Below are positions 1-15,361 of a DNA stretch of 64,000 nt, piece by piece (position 1 is the first letter of the stretch; the number at the start of each line of letters is the position of its first letter). The position numbers and the translations under genes were made by a program. The notes beneath the pieces are model-generated. The model had not been told where the DNA came from. It ran no database searches and worked only from the letters and a program-made list of their open reading frames with translations. The stretch is from the NCBI GenBank assembly GCA_964016885.1, contig OZ024746.1:86924001-86988000 (forward strand), read 5' to 3'. The stretch comes from Eledone cirrhosa (lineage: Eukaryota).

Positions 1-44
<44 letters not shown>

Positions 45-801
45 GTAATAAATGAAAGATAGATACATTACAACATCTCTATTTATTTTGTTATGTACAT
101 TTCGAAGATGTAAAGTTTTGCCGATCAGCATATCATATAAAACTTCACATATTCGAAATATATATAATGAAATAAATAGAGATGATATAAAGTATATATC
201 TTTCGTTTATTACTATTATTATTATAATAATACTCTGGATAAATGTATACCGCATGAGTTATATATATGAATCAGTTGATTACAAATCAAATAACTTTTT
301 TTTATTGATTCATATATATATATATATATATAATATTAATAATAATAAAGTATAAGTCAACAGATTAGAATTTACCTCATTTATTCATTATACAATTGCT
401 ATATTATATATATATTTCGATGGTATCTGGTATGCAATAGTTATGACCTCATCAGTCTGTTATTAGTTGAACAGGGTGCCTAAGGAAGCTAGCGTTCACG
501 GGTGCAGTTCCAGGCTTGTTGTCCCCGTCATGAATATGTTGGATTCTTCCAGATGCCATAAGAATTCCATTAGGCACACAGTGGAGCTCAGCACGTAACC
601 CAGCGCATAGCTAGCATCAATAGTAATAGGTTAAGGCGATTAAAATCAATAGGGAAACTCAAAGCAGGTTTTGTTTACAAACGGCTAGCAAATTTAAAAA
701 TTAGGTAGTAGTATGTGCGTACGCCACATCTGACTAAATAGAATTAGGCTGTTAGTTGGGATTTAAAAAAAAACTATGAATTGAAAAAAAAGGATGCGTA
801 T

Positions 802-871
802 TGACGTACACGGGACACGAACCTACATCTTTGGTTTGCCGGACCAATGTGTTACCATTACACAAAAACCC
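802..871 (-). repeat. tRNA-derived sequence (tRNA pseudogene or SINE head), GGC anticodon-like loop
   Basis: Minus strand reads GGGTTTTTG-TGTAATGGTAACACA (D arm/A box)-TTGGT CCGGCAA ACCAA (anticodon arm)-AGAT-GTAGGTTCGTGTCCC (T arm/B box). The acceptor stem does not pair, so it is not a functional tRNA. Confidence 0.55.
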
Positions 872-974
872 CACCCCTGCTTCCTTCCATTCAATTAGAA
901 GCTATAAAATTATAACAGGTATTCATATATATTATATTATATTATATTATATTATATTATATTATATATATATT

Positions 975-1280
975 AATGTAATCTGAGTTTTTCGAATATT
1001 AATAATAACATTCGATTCGTTTGCAATTATGCAATCAAGACTCAATTTTATAGCCATGACAGTAGAATGAACACTTCCTTCTTGCTCTTGTATTGGCATT
1101 AGTGTCTGCAGTTCTGTTCGCATGCCAACAGAGAACAAGAAGGAAGTGTTCTTTCTACTGTCATGGCTATAAAATTGAGGCTCGTTTGCATAATTGCTAA
1201 CGAATCGAATGTTATTATTAATATTCGAAAAACTCAGATTACATTTATTGTATTCGGCCATGTAGAGCGAAATTTTCTTT
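975..1280. mobile_element. Fold-back/MITE-like palindromic element, copy 1
   Basis: 975-~1100 is the reverse complement of ~1120-1245 (aatgtaatctgagtttttcgaatattaataataacattcg ... cgaatgttattattaatattcgaaaaactcagattacatt). A second copy lies at 62061-62553. Confidence 0.75.
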
Positions 1281-1651
1281 TATGTATATATATATATATA
1301 TATATATATACAATTACAGTGTTTATTACTACATATATTACTATATAATGCTCAGTATTTATACTGAGCATTATATATATATATATATATATATATATCT
1401 ATATATATATATATTTAAAATAGAGGGAACATAGGGAGAGACAAAAAACAAATACATAGGAATGTGGGCAGACCCATCTTCTCAGTGTGTGTGATAGGTA
1501 ATTCCGAAGGAAAAACAAATGAAGGAGTGCTCTGTGTATAGAACAGAGCTATTTAATGGAGTAGTTATATTTTGTGTTGTTCACTGTCTAACTATATATA
1601 TAAATGAAATAACAGAAGGCTGGACTGGTGTAAATCCTTGAAAGGTTTATT

Positions 1652-1709
1652 ATACTATGATCATTTCAATGACCGGGTTCCATATGAATCTGGTGATATC
1701 ATCAGGTAT
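1652..1709 (-). ncRNA. Minimal type I hammerhead ribozyme
   Basis: Minus strand: ATAC-CTGATGA-[31-nt stem II hairpin]-GAAA-TGATCA-TA-GTAT, then AATAAA. Stem I ATAC/GTAT, palindromic stem III ATGATCAT, AUA cleavage triplet. Confidence 0.7.
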
Positions 1710-1763
1710 TTGAATATAACAAAGGAATAAGTTCTATCCAGTGGTGAACCAACAAACCTTAAG

Positions 1764-1918
<155 letters not shown>

Positions 1919-2493
1919 AAAATTTTGTATATCTAACGATATACGGTACGTTTTATAAATAAAAATTTTGAAAGCCTCAGCTGTCGGCCTTCTATTCATA
2001 GCTGCATCTATCTACTATAGCATGATCCGCGTCGCATTTGATATAACACATACTTAAGACATATAGTAAAGGCAATTCAAATGACAATCCCAGACTTCTA
2101 AATTTGCAGACTGTGAAATGAACATATCTAGTGTTTGTCAATATACAAGAACAATAGCTGTCTTTCTGTCAGTCTGATAATGGACAAGTATGTGTTCTTT
2201 TTAAAAATAATATTCATCTATTTCTAAACAAATAAGACGAAATTGATTTGTTTTCCATTTTTAGTGGAGAATTTCAATTCGACTGGATTAACTTGTACAA
2301 ATTAAATCTTAATTTCTAGCTATTTATAGCAAAAAAGGATTCGAATGAACTGAATAAGAATTATTTTTATATTTTGAGACACTAGTAGAAAGCTCAAATA
2401 TTTAGTTTCACCATCAACACCATCAATTATATTTATATTCGCTATGATGTTCAATTGTATGTGTGTGTGTAGTCTCTAATGAATTTTCAGATA

Positions 2494-2578
2494 ACGGGGT
2501 TCGGCTGAAAAGTTCATTGGCTGACCAAGTTCCTCTCATGGACTGACAAAATGAGATTTATATTTCAACATAGTCCTT
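2494..2578 (+). mobile_element. Possible Tc1/mariner-type terminal fragment
   Basis: acggggttcggctgaaaagttcattggctgaccaa...tttcaacatagtcc resembles mariner terminal sequences. No partner TIR found. Confidence 0.3.
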
Positions 2579-3126
2579 AGAAAGAAGTAATGTAGCTATT
2601 GATAAGAAGAGTTGAAATTAATGCATGCAAGATTTCTCAGTTCGAACTCAAATATATTTTTCAGTTATTTTTTTCAAAAAAGGAATATTTTAATATACAC
2701 TCTTTCGAATTATGAAGAATAAAATAAATAAAACATGGATATGAAGAGACTGTATTATTCTATAAATACATAAAACATTTAAAATACAGTAAAGCAATGA
2801 ATCACTACTTCCCTACAGACAACTGACGCTGCACACCATGACCGAACAGAGAAGAGCCGAACTCTCACTGTCATCACCTCCATCTCTCTCGTCCTCCCCA
2901 TCTCTCTGTATTATGAGTAAATGGGGTCCAACGTGTTGGTCGCCCCACGGCCCCGGCGAACAGAATGGAGAAGGTATTTGCCTGGTGGAAGGTAAGGGAG
3001 ATGTAGTTGGTCATCGGACAAAATGCAATCAATTATCCTGTTGGCATGGCAGTTTTATGAGCGCTTTCCTGGCTGTGTTGTGTATATAGTATATGTATAA
3101 TATGTCTGGGCTGTGTGTGTGTGTGT

Positions 3127-3185
<59 letters not shown>

Positions 3186-3674
3186 ATTGTGTATGGCATG
3201 CTATGTGCATGCGCGGTGTCTGTTGGTATTGTAGTTGTTTGTCTTATGTGTAGGTATTATACTATGGCGAAAGTCGCTTTTGCAATATACGTGCAATGAA
3301 TTTTTCATAATCGAGTGTTTTTGTATTATACGTTCCATTCTATGCTTGTGCGTATGTGTGTCTGTGTGTTTGTGTGTGTGTGTGATAGCGAGAGTGTGTG
3401 TGTGTTTGTGTATATATGTGTGTGTATGTGTGTGTGTGAGTGAGAGTGTGTGCGTGTGTTTGTGTATGTATGTGGATATATTTCTATATAAATAAATATA
3501 TAAATGGTAGGATATGGGTCTGTAACACATGATAGAATCGTAGGGGCGTATAACAGGTCGATACACAATAAAAAATTCCATTAAATGTAAACAAAAGTTC
3601 ATCTTTTTCCTTAATAAAGCACCATGCCTGTGCATGATGCCCATTTTGGTTCCACCACTAATGCACTGATTCAC

Positions 3675-5389
<1,715 letters not shown>

Positions 5390-6412
5390 AGTTAAGAACT
5401 CATGGTAGTATCTTCTCTTACAATTAAATAGCACTAAGAAAAAGGCTTTTCCGAGCCGTACAATATAATTGAATAAACAAGAGAGATGGACACTAATATA
5501 AACATACATGTGTTCTAATCGTAAGGACCAAAATTTGCTAGGGTGAAAAAATACTAACTACAGCAATATAGTTTATTATCCTTAACTTTAAATATTAAAT
5601 TGAGAAAAATTATGAAAAATAACAGACCTATATTGGGTAAAAATGCCGGGTAAGAACTAGACAGTGTTGGAGACTGTTCCGTAACGACTTATTAAGTGAA
5701 GTTTTCACGTTTCTCTGCTCCTCAGTAGTTGTTGAGAAATTAGTGATCCTTTCACTTCTAAAAATATTAGAGAATGAATTGTGTACGATATGAATTATCG
5801 CACGTGTCATTCTGAAACCAGCTTGTCTCGAAATTCCCTGCTGCTAAAAATAGCAGCCTGGCTGACTGGACAATAAAAATTAGCTCCACATGATGGAGCG
5901 GACAAATATATATTGAGTTAAGAACTCAGGGTAGTCTCTTACAATTAAATGGATTGTAAATTAGTCTTAATGTATTCATATTCATAGACTATATTTGATC
6001 AACCGTTACATTTTCCAATCGTTAATTTCCGGAAGTGAATAAGGGGAGCTAATGCGTAAGGGGAGGTAACTAGCTAATTAAGTTCAATTCAGTTATTAAA
6101 ATTCATGTTCTAATACACATTATAATGTGACACCATTGGATCTCTGTTGCATAACGCTGTATATTTATACCGGATTTTAAATACAGTGTCTTTTACTATC
6201 ATACATTAAATGTCTCTTTAGATTGTTATGTCTTCGTTACTGGACAAGGTATATGTTATGAAGGATTGTATAACTGTTAATATGTCAAAATAGATATGCC
6301 ATATGTGTAATAATATACATTATTGTTTTGAAAGTTAATCCCTAATATACAATGCTATTACATTTTATATTTAATTATAAATGTATATATACTTTATTAT
6401 TATTATGTTGTG

Positions 6413-6610
6413 GATGGGCGGTGAATTGGCAGTATCGGTAGAGGGTCGGACGCCATGCTTTGCAGCGCAGTTACGTCCCTTTACGGAATGAGTTCAAATC
6501 CCGCCGAGGTTAACTTTGCCTTTCATCCTTACGGGGTCGATAAAATAAAGTACCAGTAATACACTGGGTAATTGCTGACCTTGTGCCAAAAGTAGAAACA
6601 ATTATTATTA
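6413..6610 (+). mobile_element. tRNA-derived SINE (octopus OR-type family), full length with TSD
   Basis: A box tggcagtatcgg, B box gagttcaaatcc, central aactttgcctttcatccttacggggtcgataaaataaagtacc, 3' end ccttgtgccaaaagtagaaac(aatt)n. Flanked by the direct repeat ttattattatgttgtg (6397-6412 / 6602-6617). Confidence 0.85.
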
Positions 6611-6931
6611 TGTTGTGTAATTTAAGTTTTTAATTATACAATTATAAATGCATATATAGTATATTATCACACATTACCTTAAATGTCTCTACATACCAAG
6701 TACCAAATATCCATTACTATATATGATAAGATTAATCTATTGTAGTTTTATCACAAGGTGGTAACTATATGTCTAATTCTAACTGTTATTGCGGAGCATA
6801 AGGTTATAGATGAATAGGGGTTGTGTAGAGGAAAGAGTTGGTCGAATGGTTTATGGTTGTGGGTGCTGCTAAGTCCTATATGTGTAGTGTTAATGGTGGT
6901 GGGGAATTCAAATCTGACATTGTTGTATACT

Positions 6932-8960
6932 AACAACTAGGTTTAAAGTTATGGAACGAGTGCGGGCACCGGTGTTGGCACGAGTAAAATGTCTCTGACT
7001 TTCTATTAAGGAGTTATAGTTTCGAAAAGATTATAGTATGGGTCTCGAGAAAGCAGAGATTACACAATTTATTCGGTGGTTTATACGATGAGGCACTACC
7101 CACTACTTCCCATTGCAGTGTAAATGGTCTATTCCTAATTTTCAGAGAGTGTACGTAGCTAGATAAAGAAGTGGAGTTGGCTAGATTGTGTTTTCTGAAA
7201 GAGTGGAGGTGTGAGTTGTATCTCGTCTTGAAGTTGTTCGAAGTAGAACCTACATATGTTTTAGAAGAGTATTTTGCGTTGACGGTGCATGAGTGGATGA
7301 TGTCTTTGGTTAAGCAATTATTACCTAATGGGCAAGTTCTATTAGTTCTACAGTTACATTTATTCTGGGTGTTAGCTTTCCGGTTCCTATGTTGTGAAGA
7401 ATTCTGGTTGCTAGGGATAGCACTAGGGTAATAATGTCTATCATTCGTATTGTTATTGATTTCATTAGCGCTATTATCATTATTACTATTACTACTACTA
7501 TTGTTTACAGGTACTAAGTTTACCTCCTGTTGTGTTTTAATTAGCTGGAAATAATTATTAATCTTCCTTTTATTACTACTAGCTATATGGTATGCTATGT
7601 TAGGTGTGGTGGAGTACGATATTTTAATTGTATTTTTATTGATAAGGCTATGGTACTTGTGGCCGGTCGGGAAGTTTTTTTCTTAGATTGAGAACAAAGC
7701 CTTAGGCAAGTTGTTAGAGACGTTTAGATTGAAAGGGGGATTGAAGAATGTATTAGTTCTCCTTCTATTTTTGTTTATAGTATTGTTTTTTGAGGTATTT
7801 ATATCCCTGTTTATATTATTATTGTGGTGCGAGTTAAGTTTGGTATTAATCTTCGTCCTAGTGGCTAGTGTTTTTACATTTTTTCCTCGTGGCCATATTA
7901 TGAGAAATAATGTTGTAACTATCTGATTTTATAGGTACGAATTCAATCTACTTCTTATGTCCTGATTTAGCTAAGGCCTCATTATAGTATTGTGAATTAT
8001 TGTTCAATATGGTTTCATTATAAGATAGATTAGAGTTTCTATTAGATATTCCCTTAGTAATAGAGTATAATATGGGTTTAGGGTGGTTAGAGTTGGTGTT
8101 TACATAAATTAGTTTTTCGTTAGGTTTATGATAGGGGGTGTATATTCTAGAGTCTAGGCTAAGGGTAGCATCAAGGAAGTTGACGGTTTTAGTGTTTTTA
8201 TCTAAGGGGATACTTAAGTTGAAGTTTTTGAAAATTTTGTGTAACTGTTTCCTAGTTTTTTCTATATTAAATTTTTTATAGTCTATAAGAAGAAGCGCAT
8301 CATCGCGGTATAAACCACCGTTGAGGTAGGGTAGGTTCTTATGGATTTCATTAAGTAGATATAGGCACACCAAATCGGTGACCTGCACCCAGTCACTAGA
8401 TCCCTTGGTTATGTCGAAGTTGTTATGCGTGTCCTTGCGGGTGCATAATTGTTCTTGAAATGTAATTATGGTTTTTCGAGCCGCAAGTATGACATCAATT
8501 TGGGATCTAGTCAGGTCACTATTGTTCATGGCCATAATTAGAGCCTTATTTAATAGGATAGGGAAAATAGAGGTGTAGAATGACTTGATATAAAATTGTA
8601 TAAATTTTTCATTTTTACACTCTTTAATACCCTTGAACCATTCAATAACCTCACTCGTATTTCCCCATTGGTTAAGGTATATTTTATGCTTAAATTGTTA
8701 GATGATTTTATCTAATATTTTCTAACAGCTAGGTTTAAAGTTATGGAACGAGTGCCGGTACCGGTGTTGGCACGAGGAAAATGACTCTGACTTTCTATTA
8801 CGGAGGTCTAGTTGCGAAAGGATTATAGTATGGGTCTCGAGAAGGCAGAGATTACACAAATTATTCGGTGGTTTATACGATGAGGCCATACCTACTATTT
8901 CCCATTGAAGTGTAAATGGTCTATTCCTAGTTTTCAGAGAGTATACGTAGCTAGATAATT
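6932..8960 (-). mobile_element. Penelope-like retroelement, 5'-truncated and decayed, with direct (tandem) pseudo-LTR
   Basis: RT fragment 7948-8720 (FDIKSFYTSI, GGLYRDDAL, VNFLDATL, YVNTNSNHP). Linker FNPPF..F PTGHKYH, C-x-C..CPL. GIY-YIG YVGSTSNNFKTRYNSH, CNLC..ETH. The C-terminal ~235 bp (6932-7165) is repeated at 8722-8958, upstream of the RT. Confidence 0.9.
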
Positions 8961-9596
8961 TACAATCCATTGCTCTAACTAACTTAAAACATTCAATATA
9001 AACATTAAAAAAAAATTAATTCAGCATATGTCATGGAGAAGTCTCCAAAAACTGTATTTCTCAACTAACACAAATTCGAACACTATCAGCATACAGCATC
9101 CACCATAGATTCTAATACATTAACATATTTGTTTAAAGTGCAGTATTTATTCATCTATATATGCATAATAGTTTTGCTTGTCTCCTTCTCATGTATATGA
9201 CTAACGCAGTTGCACTCTCCACACGCCTGCATATGAATTGTTAATGTACTCTTCCTTTCTGAAAACTACTTTCTCAATGCCTCCTTAATGATTGGACTAT
9301 TCTCTTGTTTTATCTGTTGCATGTATTCCACTCCGTGCTTTTGATTTTAATTTTAATTTGAATTTGAATTTGAATGTTTGTACAATTATTGTACAATTCT
9401 CGTAAAATATATGTCACATCCATTCCACCCTGCAAATACGAAACTGTTGCTCACGACATCAATTTATATGTATCTATATTATTGTTCAATGTGCAAACAT
9501 TGATAATGTTCCGATGACTCCAAACGAGAGTTTGGAAGAAACGATTGTCAGCTATTAAATGATTTGAACACAACTTTGATAATTGTATAATTTATT

Positions 9597-9640
<44 letters not shown>

Positions 9641-10647
9641 CAACAGAAAGAATAAGAGAGAATAACATCTCACATAAAGTTAAAAAAACACACACGCATA
9701 TATATCGAATCTATTTCCCACAAGGGAAATTATATTGGATATTTAAGTGGATTCTGTGAAGTTTCTATGGTTTCTGAGTGGTTACGTACCTAATGGAATT
9801 TCTTATTTCGGAAAACCAAATTTAGTATAGATGTCAACAATACATGATAACGCATTGGTATGTTTTTTTCTTATTTTCTAATGAATACTTAGTAATTCTA
9901 CGGATTTATATCAGTGTTTCTGTCATTTAATGATAGAAAATTTACTGAAGAGTAATGCGATCGATAGGTGAGAAGTTATCTCAGTTTATTAAACATTACT
10001 GAATCACATCTGTTACAAGTTCTTAGCTCCTACTAATATAATATATTATTCAGTCATGATTCTGACATACCAATTGGAATTTTAGATTCACAAGCGACCT
10101 GACATGAGAAAATTGTTTTGAAACTAGATTGAATATCCACTGGAAAAGAAACGAAAAACAAACCACCAAAGACTAGGGAAATCAAATCAACATTGCTAAC
10201 TTTATTCTACACGTATCATGTCTTTTCTTGGTCACAAGACATTTTTTATAGTTTGTCAACTTCTCACAACAACAGTTCCTTTGCAATTCTGATACATACT
10301 GTATATATATATATAAGATCAAAATATGGTTAAAAGAGTTCCATGTATTTTATTATGCGCATTTCAAAAACCCAAAACAAATATCATCATGGGATGATAC
10401 TTACGTTCTCATCAGATAAAATAGGGAGACATGATATGAAGTTTAAAAAACACGTGCGAGCAGTGAAGTGTTAAATCTACATATGAAAAATGAAATAAGA
10501 TGGATATATGAGATTGGGAAAAAAAGAAGGAAGGGGGAAGGAAAAGGTAAGGAAGAGGAAGAAAGAAAAAAAAAGGATGACGGGGTGAGGAGTATAAGAA
10601 AGAAGGAGGAGAGAGGAGGAGAAATGAGTGAGAGAGAGAGATAGCCT

Positions 10648-11048
10648 TTAATACTGAGAAACACTGTCTCACAGAGAGAAATAAAAAAAAAACGTTATAA
10701 AAAAAAACGTTATAAAAACGTTATAAAAAACGTTATAAAAACGTTATAAAAAAAAAACGTTATAAGATAATAGATAATTTAAACAAATTTTGAAATTAAA
10801 AGTTAATGAGGTTTATGAATGGTGATGTTTATGATTAATACTGAGAAACACTGTCTCACAGAGAGAAATAAAAAAAAAAAACGTTATAAAAAAAACGTTA
10901 TAAAAACGTTATAAAAAACGTTATAAAAACGTTATAAAAAACGTTATAAAAACGTTATAAAAAAAAAACGTTATAAGATAATAGATAATTTAAACAAATT
11001 TTGAAATTAAAAGTTAATGATGTTTATGAATGGTGATGTTTATGATTA
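10648..11048. repeat. Tandem duplication of a ~190-210 bp unit containing an (A4-9CGTTAT)n minisatellite
   Basis: Units start ttaatactgagaaacactgtctcac at ~10648 and ~10835 and differ in number of aaaacgttat repeats. Confidence 0.9.
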
Positions 11049-11574
11049 AAGAAAAAGGAATTAAGAATAGTATTTATTTGAGGGGTTTAATAATATGTGC
11101 GAAAAGGAATTTATTAATATGTATTATTAAAATAAAAATATTAAGGAGATAAGGTGAATGAAGAAGAAATTAAATAAACTATGAACTGAGAGGAATTAAT
11201 TAGGGTCTAAGTTTGTTTCTATGTATTGTAATATGAAAATTAAATAATAGGTTTAATACGAGCACGGAAGGAGAGAAGAAAGAAGAAAATTTAAGGGTGA
11301 AAAAATATATAACGTCAAAAACATATGTTTACAAAATTTACTAATGTTAATATTAGTATATATTAAAAATATAGTTTGTATGGCCAAGAATATAAGGAAA
11401 ATGCCATAGTGAGTATTAATATGAATTTAAGAAGTAATTGAGAAGTAAAAGTTATAGATTAAAGATTAGAAATTAAAAACGAAAAAAAGGAAAAAAGGAA
11501 AAAAGGAAAAAAGGATAAAAAAAGAAGAAAAATAGGGGACCGCTAACGACATAGAATGAGTAAATTGTATAATA

Positions 11575-11605
11575 TAATTGTTTCTACTTTTGGCACAAGG
11601 CTAGG
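11575..11605 (-). mobile_element. Severely 5'-truncated SINE (3' 30 bp) with ~17-bp TSD
   Basis: aattgtttctacttttggcacaaggc between two copies of aaattgtataatataat (11562-11578, 11606-11622). Confidence 0.75.
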
Positions 11606-11699
11606 AAATTGTATAATATAATATACTGAAATAAGGTAGAAAGATGGGTATATTTGTAAAAGATATAAAAGCGTTTGAGAAAAGAAAATTTAAAACTAA

Positions 11700-11970
11700 T
11701 TAGGTAGTGAGATATTAGCTGTATACTTTATGGAAAGTTCTATGGGATTTGTGCAAGCAGAACGAAAATAAATCAGTACGGCTATTTATTATAGAATTAA
11801 AATTAGAGATAATGGTAAATTTCTCGGCTAGGCAGAGATTACATGTTCTGGATAGGGAATAATTCCGGTAAGGTGAGGCGTTGCAAACCTTCCTCTAAGA
11901 AATGTTGTAGTTAATATTTTTGTCTTTTAAGGACCATATGAGTTCTGAGAGTACCGTCTAGGTTCTTTTA
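11700..11970 (-). mobile_element. Penelope-like element 3' (GIY-YIG C-terminal) fragment
   Basis: Minus strand encodes CNLCLAEK and a following C-x-H-type terminus, matching the ends of the other PLEs in the window. Confidence 0.6.
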
Positions 11971-12332
11971 AGTTTGTATTTAAACAACAAGGAATATATA
12001 TATTATATATATATATTATATATATATATACATATACAAACCGAGGAATATATATATTATATATATATATATATTCCTCGGTTTGTTTGTTTTTTTGCTG
12101 TTTTCTCTTTTATCCCCTTTTCCTATTTTCCCTTCTATTTTCTTTCTCTCCCTCCTCCATTTTCCCAATAACTTACCTGGTTATTGAACGCTCTGGGGGT
12201 AGATATATTGTCTTTAAAGCATCAAAGTATCCGAGACCCCAGTTCCTGACTGATGAAGAAAACTGCCCTCCCCCGTTCTTGCTTTCTTCTTATTTTCATT
12301 CCATTTCAAAGCCTATATATATATATATATAA

Positions 12333-12406
<74 letters not shown>

Positions 12407-12420
12407 GTATATATATCTGT

Positions 12421-15069
12421 AGTGGTAGACCACTCAGTCCATGGGACGAAATTGGTAGAAGTAGTAACACAACAGTTATTTCATCTTAGCGGATCCTCAG
12501 CTCGTACTGGTCATGGTTATGCGGAATAGGAAGAACAACCATATGAACGCGTATACGCAGAAACTGTCACTTCACCCAAGCGATACAATGACACGGGTGA
12601 AAGTCCGAAAAGTAGTTCGAGTTGATAAGAAAATTAAAATGTTGTTATTTAATCCGGAGCTTTGAAGTTATGTAAGAGCTGTGTCCAGACATGTGGACAA
12701 CGTGTGAAGATTTCAATCCTTCATTTTAGGCAATCGCTATCGCGTAATCTCCTTAGAATATTTATCCGTTCATTAATACAAACAATACGAACTGGATTAC
12801 TCTCTGAAGAATATTCCCACTCCCTCCAACCGTGTTTACCAAAAGCTTCTACAAAAAGCGGAAAATGTCGTCAGACGCTTAAGATGTCGAGTCCTAGCTT
12901 TTGACGGCAAAATTACAGGCACCAGTAACACCTTCAACCTGAAATCGAGAGCCAACCCTCCTAAGATAACTGAACTCGCTCCTTTCGAAGCGGACCTTCT
13001 TGAGATAGACGCTAACATTTCCTTTAGCAAACACCCTAACACTTTCCAAACTAAACTTAGAAATGATATTAAGAAATGTAGGTGTTCCAATAACACTTTC
13101 GTTCTTTCTAAAAAAAGCAATAATGTTTACGAAGTTGACAATACTACTTACAGCCACTTGGCCCATAACGCTGTTACCTCTAAATATAAGAAGGCTAACC
13201 CTATGGCCTACCACGACGACATCAATACAGAAGCCAAAGACCTTGCTGTCTCCCTTAAGGTAGATAAGAAGCTACAATGCTTAGCTAAGCGTGAGGCGTT
13301 TCTAACCCTGAAGTATCACAACGTAGACTTTACATCTAATCCCACGTGTAGACTACTAAACCCGGCACGCACAGATAATGGACTAGTCAGTAAGGCCATA
13401 CTTAAAACATAGTTAAGACCATCAGGACCAAGTCCAACCTGTCCCAGTGGGAGAACAGCGACTCCGTCATTCAGTGGTTTAACTCCAAAAAAGCGAAGTT
13501 CACGCAATTCGACATTGTAGACTTTTACCCGTCGATCTCAGAGACCCTGTTAAACAAAGCGTTGGACTTTGCTACCACTTACACCACCGTCCATGTTTTA
13601 GACAGGGAAATCATCGCTCACTGCCGCAAAAATCTCCTCTTCAACAACGGAGTAGCCTGGGCAAAGAAGTCAACGATTTCAGAACTATTCGACGTCTCCA
13701 TGGGTTCGTTTGACAGTGCTGACGTATGAGACTTGGTTGGCCTATTTAATTTAGACATATTACGTGTTAGATTCCCGGACTTCCACACAGGAATATACCG
13801 CGACGATGGCCTGACCTTATCGAGCTATAAAAGTGGTCACGACCTGGACCGGTTTAAAAAAGACTTAACTTCTACCTTTAATGATTTAGGATTTAGGATA
13901 ACAGTAGCTATTAACCTCTCTAGCGTAGATTTCTTAGACATTAATTTAGACCTTCGCACAAATATCTTCATACCCTTCCATAAGCTTAATGAAAAATTTA
14001 ATTACATTCACAAGGACTCATGCCACCCTCCTACTGTTTTTAGAAACTTCGTAAATAATATCAGTACTAGAATCTCAAACCTCTCCTCTAATAATGGCTA
14101 TCTTTGACAGAGCAGCACCCTACTATAACACGGCGTTAGCTGATAGTGGCTTCTCGCAACCAATTACTTACTCCTCCACTAAAAACAACAGCAATAAGAA
14201 CAGAAATCGTAACAATAGACAAACTATCTGGTTCTCTCTTTTTAGCCCTCTTAGATAGACACTTTCCCATAGGTCACAAATACCACTCCATCTTTAACAG
14301 ACACAGAGTAAAACTAGGGTACCCCTGCGCTAAGAATATGAAGGCCCACATCACCAACAGCCATAAGAGCAGCACCCAACTAGGGAGGTCCTGCCGAAAT
14401 CCTGAAGTTTGTCCCCTCCAACAGCAATGCAACACATCCGCTGTAATTTATGAAGCTGTGGTCATTTCCAACCGACCAAATCAACCAAGGGACGTCTAAT
14501 CCTATGTGGGTATGGCGGAGGGCTGATTTAAGGAACGCTTCTTGAACCATCAGTCGACCTTTAGGTACCCGGACAAACGATGATCTACGAAACTCGCGAG
14601 CCATGTATGGTCCCTCAAGGACTCAAGCATAGACTACTCCATTCAATGGAAAGCCATCACTAAGTCCGAGCCATACGCAAGGGGCAATGAGGCTTGTAGA
14701 CTGTGAACGGATAAATATTCAAAGGAGATTACGCAATAGCGATTGCCTAAAATGAAGATGTGAAATCTTCACACGTTGTCCACATGTCTGGAAACAGCTC
14801 TTACATAACTACAAAGCTCCGGATTGAATAACAACAACATTCTAATTTTCTTATCAATTCAAACTACTTTTCGGACTTTCGCAGTTATCTCCCTTACACC
14901 TTTCGCCCGTGGCATTGTAATGCGTGGGTGAAGTGACCGTTTCTGCGCACGCGTGTTCATACGGCTGTTCTTCCTATTACGAATAACCCTGACCAGTACG
15001 AGCTGAGGATCGGTTAAGTTGAAACAATTGTTCTCGGTATGGTGAACTAACTGTTGTGTTACCACTTCT
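12421..15069 (+). mobile_element. Penelope-like retroelement, decayed, with inverted pseudo-LTR
   Basis: Broken ORF with CRLLNPA, QFDIVDFYPSIS, MGSFDSADV, GIYRDDGL, VDFLDINLDL, YIHKDSCHPP, CRNPEVCPLQQQC, YVGMAEG..FKERFLNH. 12455-12772 is the reverse complement of 14703-15069. Flanked by (TA)n. Confidence 0.92.
14992..15043 (+). ncRNA. Hammerhead ribozyme motif in PLE 3' pseudo-LTR
   Basis: ACCAGTACGAG-CTGAGGA-TCGGTTAAGTT-GAAA-CAATTG-TT-CTCGGTATGGT. Palindromic stem III AACAATTGTT, GUU triplet. Stem II is eroded in this copy (TCC-GCGAA-GGT in the 34514 copy). Confidence 0.6.
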
Positions 15070-15082
15070 CTATATATAAATT

Positions 15083-15361
<279 letters not shown>

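Noticed and set aside
802-871. Functional tRNA-Ala(GGC) gene
   Set aside because: The acceptor stem does not pair and the T stem is imperfect; treated as a tRNA-derived repeat.
5690-5730. Minus-strand CTGAGGA...GAAA motif
   Set aside because: No convincing stem I or stem II pairing.
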